NCBI GenBank assembly: GCA_964393565.1
Contig: CAYMUJ010000004.1
Location: 2,188 to 66,187, forward strand
Direction: 5' to 3'
Source of the DNA: an uncultured Stakelama sp.
GTDB lineage: Bacteria; Pseudomonadota; Alphaproteobacteria; Sphingomonadales; Sphingomonadaceae
DNA length: 64,000 bases
A program made the position numbers and the translations under genes. Numbering within the stretch: position 1 is the first letter of the stretch; each line of letters begins with the position of its first letter. Shown here in pieces: positions 47,505 through 57,208 of the stretch. The notes under the pieces were generated by a model. The model saw only the letters and a list, made by a program, of their open reading frames with translations, had not been told where the DNA came from and made no database searches.

Positions 47505-49197
47505 TGTCAGCCTCACTCGCGCTGCCGCTCGCAGCGTTCATCTGGTTGGTGGTGTCGGTGGGGTTCTGGAGCACGCCGTAGAACTCCTTCCACTCCTTCT
47601 CGCGCGCCAACTGCCGCATAAGGCTGCGCCAATCCTTGCCAAGCCGGGCAGCTTCTTCTTCGATAGTCGAAAGCCCGTTGTTGATGCGAAGGACCGCCGC
47701 CTGCGTCTCCTTCACTTCGTCGATCTGCCCGCGGCTGGCGCCGATCCAGTCGCACCGGCTGAACGCATCCGCGTTCTGACCCTCGTAGAAGGATGGCATG
47801 CCACGCCGGACTGAGGTGATCATGCCGGCGTTCAGCGCCTCCTCGAGCCACAGCCGGTACACGATCGTGGCAAAGCGGTCCGCGACAGCCTTCTTGCGAG
47901 ACTGCATGCTCTTCCATGTCTCGGTCATTGCAGCGCGCGCCGACGAGTAGTTCGTCTTGGTATAGTCGCGGCTCAACTGCTCGTAGGAGACACCGAGCGA
48001 TGCAGCGATGTATCGCAGCAGTGATTGCTCGAACTCCGTACCGAGCGGGCCACCCTGCCCGGCAGGTCGAAGCTGGAGCTTCGTGCCGGGTGGAAGGTGT
48101 GGGATCTTCACGCCGTCGATGTGCAGGTTCTTTGAGCCGGACATGTAGCTGCCGACCTGCTTCATCCACGCACCGAGGTAGCCGTTTATCGCCTGGTCCA
48201 TCCCATCGCCGGTCATGTCCTGACCACCGAGGCGCGCGAAGATGGCTTCGGTGGGCAAGTCGGACTCGATCGACGCTGCGTAGGTGGCGTTCACGACCGC
48301 GTTCTGAAGTACGATGTCGCGGAAGTTCTTTGTCTGCCGCATCTCCTTCAACGCAGACACCATCTCGGCGATGCCGCGCGTCTGCTCTTCGCGCTGCTGC
48401 TCGAAGATGTGGATCATCTGCAGGCGACCCCACGGCTTTCGCTCTGGCACGTAGCGCCAGGTGTAGGAATCCGGCGTCCGCCACTCAGAGGCATGAGCCA
48501 TGCGCACATAGTAGCCTTGTGGCGCGCCGAACTGGTTGCGTCGCACACCACCACGGACGAGCGGATCGCCGGTTTGATCGGGAGGTGTCGAGAGCCTATC
48601 GAGGTCGATGAACTGGATCGCGGTGCTGTATGGACGCAGCCCTGCCCAATCGCGCAACCATTCGACCGACGCCAGCAGTTCGCCACGTGCCGTGTGGACG
48701 CCAACGGCAAGGCGGACAAGGCCCGTAAGCGTGTTGCGCCGCGCGGCGTCCGGCCAGTTGTCGGGCGACTCGGCCCACAAAGTAAACTTGGTCTCCACCT
48801 CTTCCTGGAATTCATCTTCCCAGGTGTTGTCCTCTTTGCCGAACAGAGCGAGGCTCGAAGGCTTCGCGTTCAGCATGAACAGCGAACCGACGATATTGTC
48901 CTTGTGGAGATTGGCGCCGCCGACGACATAAGCGTCATTGCGCAGGATATCGCGCGCGCGTGCGTCAGCGACGCCCTTCTGCGGCAAGATATCGAGATCG
49001 GCAGAGCGCAGAACAGGCGACCATGAAGCCATCTCTCGACTGATGCGGCTGGCACCTTCGTAGGCCTCGCCGGCTATGGCAAACTCTTGAGTTGGACCCG
49101 CGCCGCCCGCCACCCTGCGAGGAACGGACGGCGCGGGCGCCTTGCTCGGGGTCGGGCCGAGCAATTCTTTGATATCGCTGTCGGACATGCGGGCCAT
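47494..49197 (-). CDS. Portal protein (lambda gpB family)
   Basis: ARARDILRND, LGVSYEQLSRDY..NYSSAR, IDEVKE. Confidence 0.93.
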   Translation of the reverse strand: MARMSDSDIKELLGPTPSKAPAPSVPRRVAGGAGPTQEFAIAGEAYEGASRISREMASWSPVLRSADLDILPQKGVADARARDILRNDAYVVGGANLHKDNIVGSLFMLNAKPSSLALFGKEDNTWEDEFQEEVETKFTLWAESPDNWPDAARRNTLTGLVRLAVGVHTARGELLASVEWLRDWAGLRPYSTAIQFIDLDRLSTPPDQTGDPLVRGGVRRNQFGAPQGYYVRMAHASEWRTPDSYTWRYVPERKPWGRLQMIHIFEQQREEQTRGIAEMVSALKEMRQTKNFRDIVLQNAVVNATYAASIESDLPTEAIFARLGGQDMTGDGMDQAINGYLGAWMKQVGSYMSGSKNLHIDGVKIPHLPPGTKLQLRPAGQGGPLGTEFEQSLLRYIAASLGVSYEQLSRDYTKTNYSSARAAMTETWKSMQSRKKAVADRFATIVYRLWLEEALNAGMITSVRRGMPSFYEGQNADAFSRCDWIGASRGQIDEVKETQAAVLRINNGLSTIEEEAARLGKDWRSLMRQLAREKEWKEFYGVLQNPTDTTNQMNAASGSASEADNAA

Positions 49198-49406
49198 CAG
49201 AACCACACCCGCATCGGTCGGATGGCATCGACGAGCCCGAGTTTGCGCTTGAGTTCCTCGATATAGCTCGAGAGCGCGTTCTTGGTGGCAGGGGTGTAGG
49301 TGACCTCCTCACCATTGCTGTCACGAAACTTCACGGCAGCCTGACCCGTGACCAGCTTATGGTAAGCGGTCTCAGCTTCGTCGAGCATCGTCTGCGTAAC
49401 AGCCAT
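49197..49406 (-). CDS. Head completion protein (gpW-like)
   Basis: AYHKLVTG...D.NGE.V.YT...L..YI.EL. Confidence 0.85.
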   Translation of the reverse strand: MAVTQTMLDEAETAYHKLVTGQAAVKFRDSNGEEVTYTPATKNALSSYIEELKRKLGLVDAIRPMRVWF

Positions 49407-49477
49407 CGGGTGACGGGTCCAAGGTAGATCGACCCCTTGATAGTCCACAACTGGTTGATTTGCAATCTTCTAGTTGA

Positions 49478-51571
49478 TTATGCCAATGCACTTGCTAGCG
49501 CCGCGAGGTCGTAATCAACTTTCTTTTGAATTTCGAATGGCGCCTTTGTCGTAGTCGGGTCAAAGACCAGATCGTTCTGATCCCAATCTTTCGCCCATCC
49601 TGGGGGATTTTCCCAGTCAATGTGCTCGATCCGGATGACCGAATGAAGGCATAGTCCGAGGCAATAATAGAGCAAGTCCCAAGCTTCGTTTCGCCGCTTT
49701 TGCGTCGGGTCCCACCCCTTGTCGGTCCGCACCTCGGCCGTCAATTGGGTGTAGAGCCAGTCAGGAGCCCAATGCGGGAAAAACACAGCGCCGCCGCGCG
49801 GCTCGGTCCGACCGAGCATTCCATAGGCCATGTCCTTGACCTGCGTTGAGTTGATGAAGAGGACGGGGACGTCGCCTCGGGCTCCCGAATTGCGGTCCTT
49901 CTGGTTGCTGTCCGGATACCCGAGGCGCACTCGAGGAGCCGACTTGCTTGGCTCGCCTTTGATGAGCAGGAACCGCGCGTGATGACCTCGGTCGTTTTCG
50001 TCGCGGAGCCGGCGCCAGAAGTTGTAGGCGTTCGTTGTCACACCAGCCTTACCACCGGAGTCACAGCCCGTGAACTTGATCGACATTCTGCGCCCTGACC
50101 CATCGCCTAGCGGATAGGTCCGCTCGATGACCTCTGGCACAAGAAGCTGCCAGTCCTCGAGATAAGAGGCTGGGTCGATGAGTTCAGGTACGCCATCCTG
50201 GTCGACTCGGTTCGACTTCCTGATACGGAACATGTCGACGAGATAGACGTCACCGTTCACCCCAATGCCGTGAACCTGGACGACGAAGGCAGCGCGCGAT
50301 CCGGCCTGGACGTCAATGGTCGCCACAAGGAAGCGTGTGCCGATGGGCACCACCGGAGTCTCCTGACTACCACCCCAGTCTTGTGCGCGAGCTTTCAGTT
50401 CCTCGGGCAACCTCGTAGCGGCGACCGCTTGCGGGAGGTATGGTAACCCTTGGTCGGTGTTGACCGTCGCCTTCAGCGGGCCTTCGTCCTGCGTTTTCTC
50501 GAACGCAGCCCGAGCCCGAAGATACTTCTCGACGATCGACGACCAGTCCTGAAATGCCGCAGCCGGTCCCTTCAACCAGAAGCTCGCAATGTTGGAGCGG
50601 CTGCCGGCGCCGACAATAGTGTTGTCGGGCATCCAAATCTGACCGTCCCGAAGCCAGCGCCCCTTTGCGTTCAACTCCGCCTTGTATGACGGCTCAATAT
50701 CCATTGAGCAGTGCGGACATGCCATGGTCACCTGTTCGGCCGCGTCCTTCGGATCAACGGAGGATGGGTAGTTCAGGAGCTTGAAATCAGGCTCGAAGGA
50801 ATGCTTGCAGAAGGGGCAGCGCCAGTACCAGCGGCGTCGATCCCCGCGGTTGTAGAGTTCGAGAATGCCCGTCGTCGGCGGAGCCTCGTGTGCCGACTTC
50901 GCAACCCACTGAGGCGTGGTGATGTCCCGGCCGGGCGATGACTCGGCAACCGTCATGCCGTAGCGCTTGAAAGTCTGCGTGCGCTTCATCGCAAGGTCAA
51001 ATGGCGGGCCTTCCTTGTCGATGTCCATCGGCATGCGATCATAGTCGGTCAGCATCACTCGAGGCACCGTCTTGCCCGAGAGTTCGGTGATCGTCGGCCA
51101 TTTGATCAGCAAACGCATGCCGCTGGAAAAGCGGACGTCATGCACGTTCCGGTTGTGCCTGCCCGGAGCCACCTTGGCACCTATCTGCGGCGAGTGCCGG
51201 AACATCTTGCTCAGGTCGCCCTGAGACCAGTCGCGCGCGGTGTTCTGCGTCATATGAACCACGAGCATGTCAGCCGGGTCGCAGATAGCCGTGTGGCCGA
51301 TCCAATTGAGCAAGATGTCCGTCTTTCCGATGCGCGCCGGCCCCACGAATACGACCGCCTGGTAGTCGAGTGAGGTGAACGTATCCATCACCTCTACTGC
51401 GTATGGCGTTTTTTCGTTGGTCCATGGGCCGACGTACGAGCCCGGATTGTTGAGTTCGCGGTAGCGCACCGCTGCCTGTGATACGGTCAGGCGTTCAGGC
51501 GGACGCACGCTGTCCGACGCCGCCAGCATAATCTCCTCGAGCGTAGCGAAGTCGGGTCCCTTAAGCCTCAT
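49478..51571 (-). CDS. terL: Terminase large subunit (lambda gpA family)
   Basis: GPARIGKT, ESSPG, GDRRRWYWRCPFC, TIDVQ, CDSGG, RNEAWDL. Confidence 0.95.
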   Translation of the reverse strand: MRLKGPDFATLEEIMLAASDSVRPPERLTVSQAAVRYRELNNPGSYVGPWTNEKTPYAVEVMDTFTSLDYQAVVFVGPARIGKTDILLNWIGHTAICDPADMLVVHMTQNTARDWSQGDLSKMFRHSPQIGAKVAPGRHNRNVHDVRFSSGMRLLIKWPTITELSGKTVPRVMLTDYDRMPMDIDKEGPPFDLAMKRTQTFKRYGMTVAESSPGRDITTPQWVAKSAHEAPPTTGILELYNRGDRRRWYWRCPFCKHSFEPDFKLLNYPSSVDPKDAAEQVTMACPHCSMDIEPSYKAELNAKGRWLRDGQIWMPDNTIVGAGSRSNIASFWLKGPAAAFQDWSSIVEKYLRARAAFEKTQDEGPLKATVNTDQGLPYLPQAVAATRLPEELKARAQDWGGSQETPVVPIGTRFLVATIDVQAGSRAAFVVQVHGIGVNGDVYLVDMFRIRKSNRVDQDGVPELIDPASYLEDWQLLVPEVIERTYPLGDGSGRRMSIKFTGCDSGGKAGVTTNAYNFWRRLRDENDRGHHARFLLIKGEPSKSAPRVRLGYPDSNQKDRNSGARGDVPVLFINSTQVKDMAYGMLGRTEPRGGAVFFPHWAPDWLYTQLTAEVRTDKGWDPTQKRRNEAWDLLYYCLGLCLHSVIRIEHIDWENPPGWAKDWDQNDLVFDPTTTKAPFEIQKKVDYDLAALASALA

Positions 51572-52181
51572 CGGCCAACTCTGCCAATTGACTCTCGGTG
51601 GCGTTGCTCTTGGCCTGAACCACGAGTTTGGCTCGAATTTCGTTCAACAGCATGTCACTGAGCTTCATGAGCAGATCGCGCTGCTCGTCGGTCACGCCGA
51701 CCGTTTCCTCGACTGTGTCGGTCCATAACTGGACGGCACTCTTGATTGACTGAAAGGTCTCGCCGAATACCTCGAGAACCGCTGGAGTGGGCCAAAGCTC
51801 GCCGGCCAACACTCGGAACTTCTGCTCCTTGAGTTTCGCGCTCCAGAAGCCCTCCCGAAGCTCCTCGGGCAGATCCTTTGCGGTGATCGTCTTAAGAAGC
51901 GCTTGCAGGTCGTGCTTCGGCTTCACCAGGTAGCTCGCCGCCTCGGCGAGATCGTATATCAGCCCACCGTTCGGGTGCGTTCCCAACGGCCGACACTCAC
52001 GCAGGGCGGTTTCGACCTTTCCCCTGCCCATTCGGAAAGCGCGCATCAGCCATGGTACGCTGACGCCTCCGACAACCCGATGGAGATCGGTCGTTTTTGT
52101 CGAGAAAGCCTCCGCGTCTGCGGACTTCTTTCGGATCGTCCTGGTGCCGAGCAGGTCGTCGAGATCGTCGTGCATACTCAT
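51561..52181 (-). CDS. terS: Terminase small subunit
   Basis: Overlaps the terL start; YDLAEAA...FWSAKLK...GELW. Confidence 0.8.
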   Translation of the reverse strand: MSMHDDLDDLLGTRTIRKKSADAEAFSTKTTDLHRVVGGVSVPWLMRAFRMGRGKVETALRECRPLGTHPNGGLIYDLAEAASYLVKPKHDLQALLKTITAKDLPEELREGFWSAKLKEQKFRVLAGELWPTPAVLEVFGETFQSIKSAVQLWTDTVEETVGVTDEQRDLLMKLSDMLLNEIRAKLVVQAKSNATESQLAELADEA

Positions 52182-52417
52182 GCAGCGCTCATCTGCTTGC
52201 GCTGCCATTCCGTGATGGCACTCTCGGGCCAAACGGACGCCCGGCCAAGTTTCAGCGGCTTAGGAAACTCATCAACGGCCATCATCTCGTAGAGCTTCGA
52301 GCGACCGAGACCCACGCGACCCAACACCTCTTCGATGCGAATGAAGCGGATGGGCTCAGCGGTGTTCGTGTCTGTGGGCATGATGGGACCCCGGTGGACG
52401 TCAACGGACTCACTCAT
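52178..52417 (-). CDS. alpA: AlpA-family regulator/excisionase
   Basis: FIRIEEV..RVGLGRSKLY.......FPKPLKLG.ASVW.ES.I.EW. Confidence 0.9.
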   Translation of the reverse strand: MSESVDVHRGPIMPTDTNTAEPIRFIRIEEVLGRVGLGRSKLYEMMAVDEFPKPLKLGRASVWPESAITEWQRKQMSAA

Positions 52418-52465
52418 ATTCACCTTTTAGTTGACTTTCAACCCACCTCGGAGCAGGAATGGTTA

Positions 52466-52538
52466 CCGCGAATTTCCTCCTCCCTTTCGCGGGCAGTCAG
52501 CGACTGGACCCGCCCCTCCTCGGCGGGTCTTTTCTTTT
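52466..52538 (+). ncRNA. Cuckoo-type (CCUCCUCCC) anti-Shine-Dalgarno sRNA
   Basis: Hairpin CCGCGAA/TTCGCGG with loop CCTCCTCCC (52476-52484); terminator hairpin GACCCGCC/GGCGGGTC with loop CCTCCTC and U-tract. Confidence 0.75.
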
Positions 52539-52637
52539 CAACCATTAGTTGACTTTTGCCGCTCATGGTGAATATCGTCACTTGTCTGGTTGGCATTCGG
52601 CCGACCGGAATCAAGCAACAACCATCGGAGGTCTTGC

Positions 52638-52964
52638 ATGGCCTATCGCAAATCGTTCTTCGGCAGTTTCATCGGCTACATCGCTGCCGCCATCGGCAGT
52701 CTCAGCACGTTCCTGTTCGCGCCCACCGAGTCCAACTCGCACAACAGCCTCCTGTCCGCCTTCCGCATGATCACGCGTGTGGTCAGCGACTGCTTCACCT
52801 TCAAGGGCGACGCCGGCACCCATCTCGCGCTCGACAATGCTGCACGCAGCCATCTCGTGCGAAGTTCGAACGGCCGTCCGTTCGTCGCTTTCATTGAACG
52901 TGCCAAGACCCACATGCGCTTCGTCGGCAGCGGCTTTGTCGACCCTGGGAATGCCTACGCCTGA
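52638..52964 (+). CDS. Hypothetical protein with hydrophobic N-terminus
   Basis: GGAGG RBS; followed by a terminator. Confidence 0.7.
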   Translation: MAYRKSFFGSFIGYIAAAIGSLSTFLFAPTESNSHNSLLSAFRMITRVVSDCFTFKGDAGTHLALDNAARSHLVRSSNGRPFVAFIERAKTHMRFVGSGFVDPGNAYA

Positions 52965-52990
52965 TCACTTCTGAATGGCTTGGTCGCCAG

Positions 52991-53020
52991 AAGCCCCGTC
53001 TCGAAAGAGGCGGGGTTTTT
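52991..53020 (+). terminator. Rho-independent terminator between convergent genes
   Basis: GCCCCGTCTC-GAAA-GAGGCGGGGT followed by T-run. Confidence 0.9.
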
Positions 53021-53026
53021 GTTTGC

Positions 53027-54214
53027 CTATGCCGTTTTCAGTCGGTCACAAAGATCGGCCCAATCCTGCATCAGCGCCACGCGCGCCGGCCAGTACTTCG
53101 ATCGATTGTAAATGCGGCGCACCTCGTCGCCGGTGAGGTGGGCAAGCTGCAGTTCGATGATCTCCCCGTCGAAGCCGCTGCTGTTGAGGATGGTGCTGGC
53201 GCTCGATCGGAAGCCGTGGGCGCAGTGTTCCTCCTTTGTGTAGCCCATGCGGCGTAGGGCGGCGTTCATCGCATTCTCGCTGAGAGGGCGGTCGTTCGAG
53301 CGGATCGAGGGAAAGACGAGCTTCGCATCTCCCGTCAGCTTCCGAATGTCCTTCAGTACTTCGAGCGCCTGTCGCGACAGCGGAACTTCGTGCTCCTCGC
53401 GCATCTTCATCTTCGATGCCGGGATCTTCCAGATGGCGCCCTCGAGGTCGATCTCACTCCACTCCATCGATCTGGTCTCAGCAGGTCGCTGGAAGCAGAG
53501 CGCCTGTATCTTCAGCGCCGCGGTGAGGGTCGGCCAGCCGTCATACTCGTCTATCGCAACCAGGAGCTTGCCGAACTTCTTCGGGTCAACGATGGCTGGA
53601 TGGCTGACGGACACATGGCGGGCAAGAGACCCCTTCAACGAGTAGGTGGGGTCCACCTCGCATCGCAGTGTGGCGATGGCGTAGCGAAAGACCGTCCCGA
53701 TTAACCCGCGCAGCCGATGCGCAGACTCCGCGCGACCGGACTTCTCGACTCGCTGCAGGACGCTCAGAATTTCGATAGGCTTGATCTCGGCGATCGGGCG
53801 GCTCGCCAGATCGGCGGCGAGCGTCTTCAGAAGCCAGGTGTTCTTGGCGATCGTCGCGTCGCTCCGCCCTTCGCGCACCTGCTTGTCCAGGAACTCTTTG
53901 ACGACGGCTTCGAACGTGTTGCCGGTCGAGATTTCGCGCTCGATCTGCTTCAGCTTCTTGTCGACAGCCGGGTCAGTGTTCTCGCGAAGGAGCGCGCGCG
54001 CGTTCTCCCGCTTGGCCCGCGCCTCGCTCAGAGTCACGTCTGGATAGGCACCAAACGAAAGCAGCTTTTGCTTCCCGCCGAACCGGTATGCCATGCGCCA
54101 AAGCTTGGTGCCGTTCGGGTTGATCTGAAGGTACAAACCGTGTCCATCCGACTTCTTGACAGGCTTCTCGCCGGTCGGTTTTGCAGTTCGAACAGCTACG
54201 TCAGTGAGGGGCAT
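53027..54214 (-). CDS. int: P4-type integrase (tyrosine recombinase with arm-binding domain)
   Basis: MPLTD...DGHGLYLQI...WRMAYRFGGKQK..SFGAYP; QRPAE, HGFRSSAS, LAH, IYNR. Confidence 0.96.
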   Translation of the reverse strand: MPLTDVAVRTAKPTGEKPVKKSDGHGLYLQINPNGTKLWRMAYRFGGKQKLLSFGAYPDVTLSEARAKRENARALLRENTDPAVDKKLKQIEREISTGNTFEAVVKEFLDKQVREGRSDATIAKNTWLLKTLAADLASRPIAEIKPIEILSVLQRVEKSGRAESAHRLRGLIGTVFRYAIATLRCEVDPTYSLKGSLARHVSVSHPAIVDPKKFGKLLVAIDEYDGWPTLTAALKIQALCFQRPAETRSMEWSEIDLEGAIWKIPASKMKMREEHEVPLSRQALEVLKDIRKLTGDAKLVFPSIRSNDRPLSENAMNAALRRMGYTKEEHCAHGFRSSASTILNSSGFDGEIIELQLAHLTGDEVRRIYNRSKYWPARVALMQDWADLCDRLKTA

Positions 54215-54215
54215 T

Positions 54216-54487
54216 TTGTTGGTATCGCCTTCGCTTGAAACACACGAATACCAACACATGTACCAACAAAATGCACGGCTGCTGGTGGATGTTGGCGGAC
54301 AGGTGCGGACAGTTGAGAGGCAGAAAAAGCTCGGAAAGCTCGCATTCTGCGGACTTTGGCGGTTTCTAGCGGAGGTCTGTGGAGGTGAAGATGGTGCCCG
54401 GGACCGGAACCGCGCTTAATCTGCAACTAGTTGATTTTCAGACTGATTCCAGAACACAAGAACGCCAATACCAACAAAGATACCAAC
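54216..54487. mobile_element. attP: tRNA 3'-end core, arm-type repeats and IHF site
   Basis: - strand TTCCGGTCCCGGGCACCA (54409-54392) resembles a tRNA 3' end, tRNA-Leu-like; TACCAAC pairs at 54249/54261 and 54469/54481 plus an inverted copy near 54218; AATCAACTAGTTG IHF consensus 54436-54424. Confidence 0.82.
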
Positions 54488-54504
54488 GCTTTGTTTTGCT
54501 TGGA

Positions 54505-55221
54505 TCACTCGAGGCTTTTGAGGTCGAGGGAGGTTAGGGGTGCCAGCTTATGGTCACCAATCGACAGCTTCTTCCCGTCGTTGACAACACTCATTTCCAC
54601 AAAGCCGCCGCGGTCCCGCCCGAACTCTGCAACGATCGCCGGAGGAATGCGGAACACGTTGAAGTTCATCGGTCCCTTCGCGTCGGCGACGATGAGCACT
54701 ACACGCTTGTCGTGGTGCTTGCTAAGGCGGAGCCGCAGATTACCCTCATCGTCACCTGCCGGCCGCTTGACTTCGAACTGTATCGACCGTCCCGAGATGA
54801 TGGCAAAGATGTCGGGCTGCGCCTGATCATCCTGCTCAGGAAAGGCGATATTGCCGCCTGCCATTTGGATAAGGCCGGCGACGTAGTTCACGGCGCCGTC
54901 AGCCGTTGCGTTGCGGCGTACCCGCTCCTTCGGGGTCTCATCCGGATCTATGCCGAGCGAGAGCCACGCTTCGTCGACCTCGAGAATTTCGGCGATCTGC
55001 CTGAGTACAGGCACCTTCGGTCGGTTCTCGCCGGCAAACCACTTTCTGGCACTTTCGGCGCTGTATTTAGCGCTAAAGCGGGCTTCGAGTTCATTCAACA
55101 GCCAGCGTTGCCGACCGTGCCCGTGTGGAGCCCTGGGATGATTGTCCACGGAGGAGGCCAAGCGCTCCGCAAATGCCTTGTCGCGAATAACAACTGAATT
55201 AGTATTTTTGGGCGTGCTCAT
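54505..55221 (-). CDS. XRE-type HTH repressor candidate
   Basis: SAESARKWFAGENRPK...QIAEILEVDEAWLSLG; three operators at 55240-55383 directly upstream. Confidence 0.78.
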   Translation of the reverse strand: MSTPKNTNSVVIRDKAFAERLASSVDNHPRAPHGHGRQRWLLNELEARFSAKYSAESARKWFAGENRPKVPVLRQIAEILEVDEAWLSLGIDPDETPKERVRRNATADGAVNYVAGLIQMAGGNIAFPEQDDQAQPDIFAIISGRSIQFEVKRPAGDDEGNLRLRLSKHHDKRVVLIVADAKGPMNFNVFRIPPAIVAEFGRDRGGFVEMSVVNDGKKLSIGDHKLAPLTSLDLKSLE

Positions 55222-55239
55222 TTGAACCCCTTGCAATTA

Positions 55240-55383
55240 TCAACTGCAAGTTGATCCTTAACGAATCACGGGCAACGCTGTCAACAACCGTTTGTCGAAT
55301 CGACAACCAAAAGTTTGGAACGAATTAGGTCGAATGTCAACTTTAAGTTGAGTGATATCACGTATTTGTCACCAACTGGTTGA
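55240..55383. promoter_or_regulatory. Operator cluster upstream of the repressor
   Basis: TCAACTGCAAGTTGA 55240, TCAACTTTAAGTTGA 55337, TCACCAACTGGTTGA 55369. Confidence 0.8.
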
Positions 55384-56958
55384 TTATGCGGCGAGACGTA
55401 CACGCACCACGTTCGTGATGTCGTCCTGCTCGGCGCCGCGCCGCTCCATCGCCGCCATGACCGCCTCGTCAACCGTGCCCTCCGCGATGATGACGTGGAT
55501 GAACACCACGGGGCTCTCCTGCCCCGGCCGGGCGAGGCGGCGATTGAATTGCTGCCAAAGTTCAAGCGACCAGGTGAGGCCGTACCAGACTTGAATGTGT
55601 CCACCGTACTGAAGGTTCAGGCCGTGGCCGATGGAGGCCGGATGCGCGAGCCCGATCTGGATCTTGCCAGCGTTCCAGTTCTTCACGAAATTCGGGTCGT
55701 CGTTGAACGCGACGGCGTGGGGGAATCGCTTCTTGATGCGCTGAAGGTCGAACTTGAAGCTGTAGGCGATCAGCACCGGTTGCCCGGCTGCCTCCTCGAT
55801 AATGCTCTCCAGCGCGCGCAGCTTCAGATCGTGTACCGGGACGATCTCATTCTTCGGCGGGAAGGTGTTCTCGATCGGCCGATAGAGCGAGCCGTTGGCG
55901 AACTGGAGCAGCTTGTTCGTCAGCACGCCCGAGTTCACAGCCTCGACGTCGTGCGCCTCGGAGACCAGTGTGCGCTCGAAGTCGCGATACTGCCTCATGT
56001 GGCGCGTCGAGAGCCGCACCTTGACCGGGTTGATGAGGATCGGCGGAAGGTCGATATAGTCCTCAGCGCGGAGACCGATCATCACGTCCGACAGCCGCGC
56101 CATGATCTCGTCCTTGGCGTTCTCCTTCGGCTTGATTTCGTGGCTCCATGGGTTCACCTCGAACCACCGGTCGGTGAACGCCTTCTTCGTCGCGCCGAGG
56201 CGCTTGCCGCCGTCGAGGATGAATGCCTGACCTCCGAGGTCGATGACGCCGTTCGGCGAGGGCGTGCCCGAAAGTTCGACCACTCGCTTGAACGCCGGGC
56301 GCGCGTGGGCGAGCACGCCAAACTCCGTCAGCGTCGGCTTCTTCTTGGTGCCGTCAGGCCGCTTACCGGGCGTCCGGATGCGCCAGGCTTTGAGGCGGCT
56401 CGACTCGTCGTACACGAGCATGTCCCATTTCCAGCCAATGCGCCCGCCGACCTTCTGCCAGAGCCATTGTAGGTTCTCGCGGTTGATCATCGTCAGTTCG
56501 GTATCGCGCTTGATCGCCGCGGTGCGCGCCGCCTCATCGCCGACTGCGACAGCGAAGGTGAGATCGCGCAGATGCTCCCACCGCCGCACCTCATCCGGCC
56601 ATGTCTCAGACGCGACCTTCAGCGGACCGACGATCAGCACGCACCTGACCTTCCCCGCGCGCAGCAGGCGCTTCACCGCATCGAGCGTGGCGCCGGTCTT
56701 GCCAAGCGACATTTCGGCGGCACCGAGCACGCCGGGAAGCTCGACGATCTTGTCCGAGAGGTATCGCTGATACGACCGCATGTCGTCGCGCCGCAGCATG
56801 CGCGGCCCGGCCGGGCTAAACGCGACCGTTTCGCTGGCTACTAGGCCAGCGGCCCGCAAAAGCGCAATGAACGGAGGGACTTCGCTATCGACCTGTGTGG
56901 GCGAAACAAAACCAACCTGGTGCAGCAGTTCTAGGTAGGGACTAGTCGAAAATGGCAC
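55384..56958 (-). CDS. SNF2-family helicase
   Basis: MSLGKT, YDESS, LSGTP, HPASIGHGLNLQ, QFNRRLARPGQ; start GTG 56958 or ATG 56799. Confidence 0.9.
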   Translation of the reverse strand: MPFSTSPYLELLHQVGFVSPTQVDSEVPPFIALLRAAGLVASETVAFSPAGPRMLRRDDMRSYQRYLSDKIVELPGVLGAAEMSLGKTGATLDAVKRLLRAGKVRCVLIVGPLKVASETWPDEVRRWEHLRDLTFAVAVGDEAARTAAIKRDTELTMINRENLQWLWQKVGGRIGWKWDMLVYDESSRLKAWRIRTPGKRPDGTKKKPTLTEFGVLAHARPAFKRVVELSGTPSPNGVIDLGGQAFILDGGKRLGATKKAFTDRWFEVNPWSHEIKPKENAKDEIMARLSDVMIGLRAEDYIDLPPILINPVKVRLSTRHMRQYRDFERTLVSEAHDVEAVNSGVLTNKLLQFANGSLYRPIENTFPPKNEIVPVHDLKLRALESIIEEAAGQPVLIAYSFKFDLQRIKKRFPHAVAFNDDPNFVKNWNAGKIQIGLAHPASIGHGLNLQYGGHIQVWYGLTWSLELWQQFNRRLARPGQESPVVFIHVIIAEGTVDEAVMAAMERRGAEQDDITNVVRVRLAA

Positions 56959-57208
56959 AGCCGGCCTCGTAGTCGTCGATAACGTGGACCTCCATACCGG
57001 CAGCGCGCAGTTCCCTGATGCGGCGCTCCTGCATTGGGTCTGGACGCTTCCCGCGGTCCTTGAACTCGACGATGATCGCTTTTCCGCCCTTGAAGAACCA
57101 CGAGTCCGGGCAACCGCGCCGGCCGATGAACTGCATGCGGCGCACAAGCCAGCCGCGCTCACGTGCATAGGCTGTCACCGGGTTCTGGACGTGCGCGATC
57201 TCAGCCAT
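56942..57208 (-). CDS. VRR-NUC domain nuclease
   Basis: RRGCPD...IVEFK......Q......LR..G.EV.VID. Confidence 0.88.
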   Translation of the reverse strand: MAEIAHVQNPVTAYARERGWLVRRMQFIGRRGCPDSWFFKGGKAIIVEFKDRGKRPDPMQERRIRELRAAGMEVHVIDDYEAGCAIFD

